A stretch of DNA of 64,000 nucleotides from Balanoglossus misakiensis (taxonomy: Eukaryota > Animalia > Hemichordata). Position numbers and translations under genes: made by a program. The stretch is from assembly GCA_040954595.2 (NCBI GenBank), contig CM082576.2, positions 18,275,028-18,339,027 on the forward strand. The letters are read 5' to 3'. A model generated the notes under the pieces. It saw only the letters and a program-made list of their open reading frames with translations. It was not told where the DNA came from and searched no databases. Within the stretch, counting starts at the first letter, position 1. Every line of letters begins with the position of its first letter. This document shows positions 62,291 through 64,000 of the stretch, piece by piece.

Positions 62291-62947
62291 GCTCACTGGC
62301 CAATAGACAGTCACTGTACAGGATCGTCGCACAGACCAGATGAATTCCACACTAAGACGTGTACATAGCTTAACTATAGAGGTATAAGTAAAGGTATAAA
62401 TTTAATGTAAAAAATTAATATAAAAAAATCAGTCGATTTTTCATATTATTTTTTTTCGCTGCAAATGATTGACAAATTCTAGGGTAGCTGCACACCAAAG
62501 TTGGAGATGATCGGCCTAACAGATTTTGAGATATGTATGCGTATTTAGCCAAAATAATATGTGGTCATAGCTTTACTATGTAAAGTATAGGCCCATGGCT
62601 TGGGCGAAAAATATGGAAAATAATACTTAAAAATCTTCTTCTCGAAATTGACATGGCCTATAGCCTTGACATTTGGCATGTACAACCCTGGCCAGATGGT
62701 CTACAAAGTATGTTAACAGAATTTTGATATGTCCATTCATATGCAAATTAGGCCAAAATTAAAATTGTGCCCATATATGGTCATCAGGTCACGTGACTTA
62801 TTAAACATTCACAAGGGTACTGCACCAGCTCTCATTGGCCTGCACCATTGTGCCAACTTTGAAATTTGTAGGTTCAGCCGTTTTCCGGATCTAGCTGGCC
62901 GAAAAAACTACACAAGAAAAAAAAAGAAGAAGAAGAAGAAGTAGAAG

Positions 62948-64000
62948 AAATATAGCTGCAAGCAGCAATGGCGGGCCCAAGCCAACATAGCACATAGCAA
63001 CATAGCAATAAGCATATCTGCTCTGGATGCCAAGATATGGAAAAGTAGGTCAAAGGTCACCTGAGGTCATCCAAAATTTGGGCGAGAAATTTTGACCCTA
63101 TACTGGTCCATGTTCATCAAAAACCAAACCTATAGCCCTATTGGTTAGCCTGGAATTAGGTATGCACATAATTAATGAGGTAGGCAGGTGTCACAGGTGA
63201 CCCCCCAATTTGGCTTTTCAATTTTAGTCCCAACCCTCCAAACGCCAAGTCTGTACCTGCTCTCGATGCCAAGATCTGGTAAAGTAGGTCAAAGGTCACC
63301 TGAGGTCATGCAAAATTTGGGCAAGAAATTTTGACCCTATACTGGTCCACGTTCAACAAAAACAAAACGTATAGCCCTATTGGTTAGCCTGGAATTAGGT
63401 ATGCACATAATTAATGAGATATGCAGGTGTCACAGGTGACCCCTATTTTGGCTTTTCAACTTTAGTCCCAACCCTCCAAACGCCAAGTCTGTACCTGCTG
63501 TGGATGCCGAGATATAGGAAAGTAGGTCATAGGTCACCTGAGGTCACCCCAAATTTGGGCAAGAAATTTTGACCCTATACTGGTCCATGTCCCACAAGAA
63601 CGAAACCTCTAGCCCTCTTAGTTAGCTCAGAATTAGGTATGCACATAATTAATGAGTTAAGCAGGTGTTACAGGTGAGCCTAAAATTGTGCCTTCTATTT
63701 TGGTGCCATTGTGCTCACTGACCACAAGACAGTCACTGTACAGGACTATTGCACAGACCAGAATTCCACAATAAGACATGGACATAGCTTAACCATAGAG
63801 GTATAATTAAAGGTATAAATTTCATTAAAAAATTAATATAAAAAAATCGGTCGATTTTTCATACTATTTTTTTTTGCTTAAAATTATTGACAAATGCTAT
63901 GCTAACTGCACACCAAAGTTGGAGATGATTGGCCAAACAGATTTTGAGATATGTATGCATATTTATCCAAAATAGTATGTGGTCTTAGCTTTACTATGGA
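62948..64000 (+). mobile_element. Non-autonomous derivative (HINE) of the giant Helentron, inserted in its (GAA)n tract; runs off the right edge
   Basis: Starts AAATATAGCTGCAAGCAGCAATGGCGGGCCCAAGCC as at 27169, then three satellite units, then sequence matching 62250-62580. Confidence 0.8.

Larger units (their letters stand above)
27169..62947 (+). mobile_element. Giant (~36 kb including nested insertions) autonomous Helentron
   Basis: Left terminus AAATATAGCTGCAAGCAGC..GCGGGCCCAAGCC (stem-loop plus subTIR) truncates the Gypsy pol and matches the start of the element at 62948. The right subterminal region 60200-62947 matches the rest of that element family. RepHel-EN and RPA-like genes lie inside. 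Confidence 0.7.

Overview
Eukaryotic, probably marine-invertebrate, repeat-dense DNA. No ordinary host gene, rRNA, tRNA or CRISPR is recognisable; the window is almost entirely nested transposable elements. Left part: a degenerate Gypsy element (1-1572), a frameshifted full-length L1/Tx1-type LINE with a 12-bp TSD, a 2.4-kb gag-only element with split direct repeats (Ngaro/PAT-like tyrosine-recombinase retroelement architecture), several non-autonomous Helentron-type elements (HINEs), a Kolobok-like element, a decayed pogo-type transposase, and a palindromic tandem array holding a solo LTR and a second Gypsy. That Gypsy is cut at ~27169 by what I infer is one ~36-kb autonomous Helentron (~27169-62947). 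It encodes an intact 2494-aa OTU-Rep-Pif1 helicase-endonuclease protein (+). Head-to-head with it (-) lies a predicted spliced RPA1-like OB-fold gene of 9 or more exons, whose small phase-1 exons encode an S/T/P-rich linker. It also carries a 239-bp satellite shared with the local HINEs, and hosts a MITE containing an intact Gmr1-type (INT-before-RT) LTR retrotransposon. All calls are from reading motifs by eye; no searches were run.
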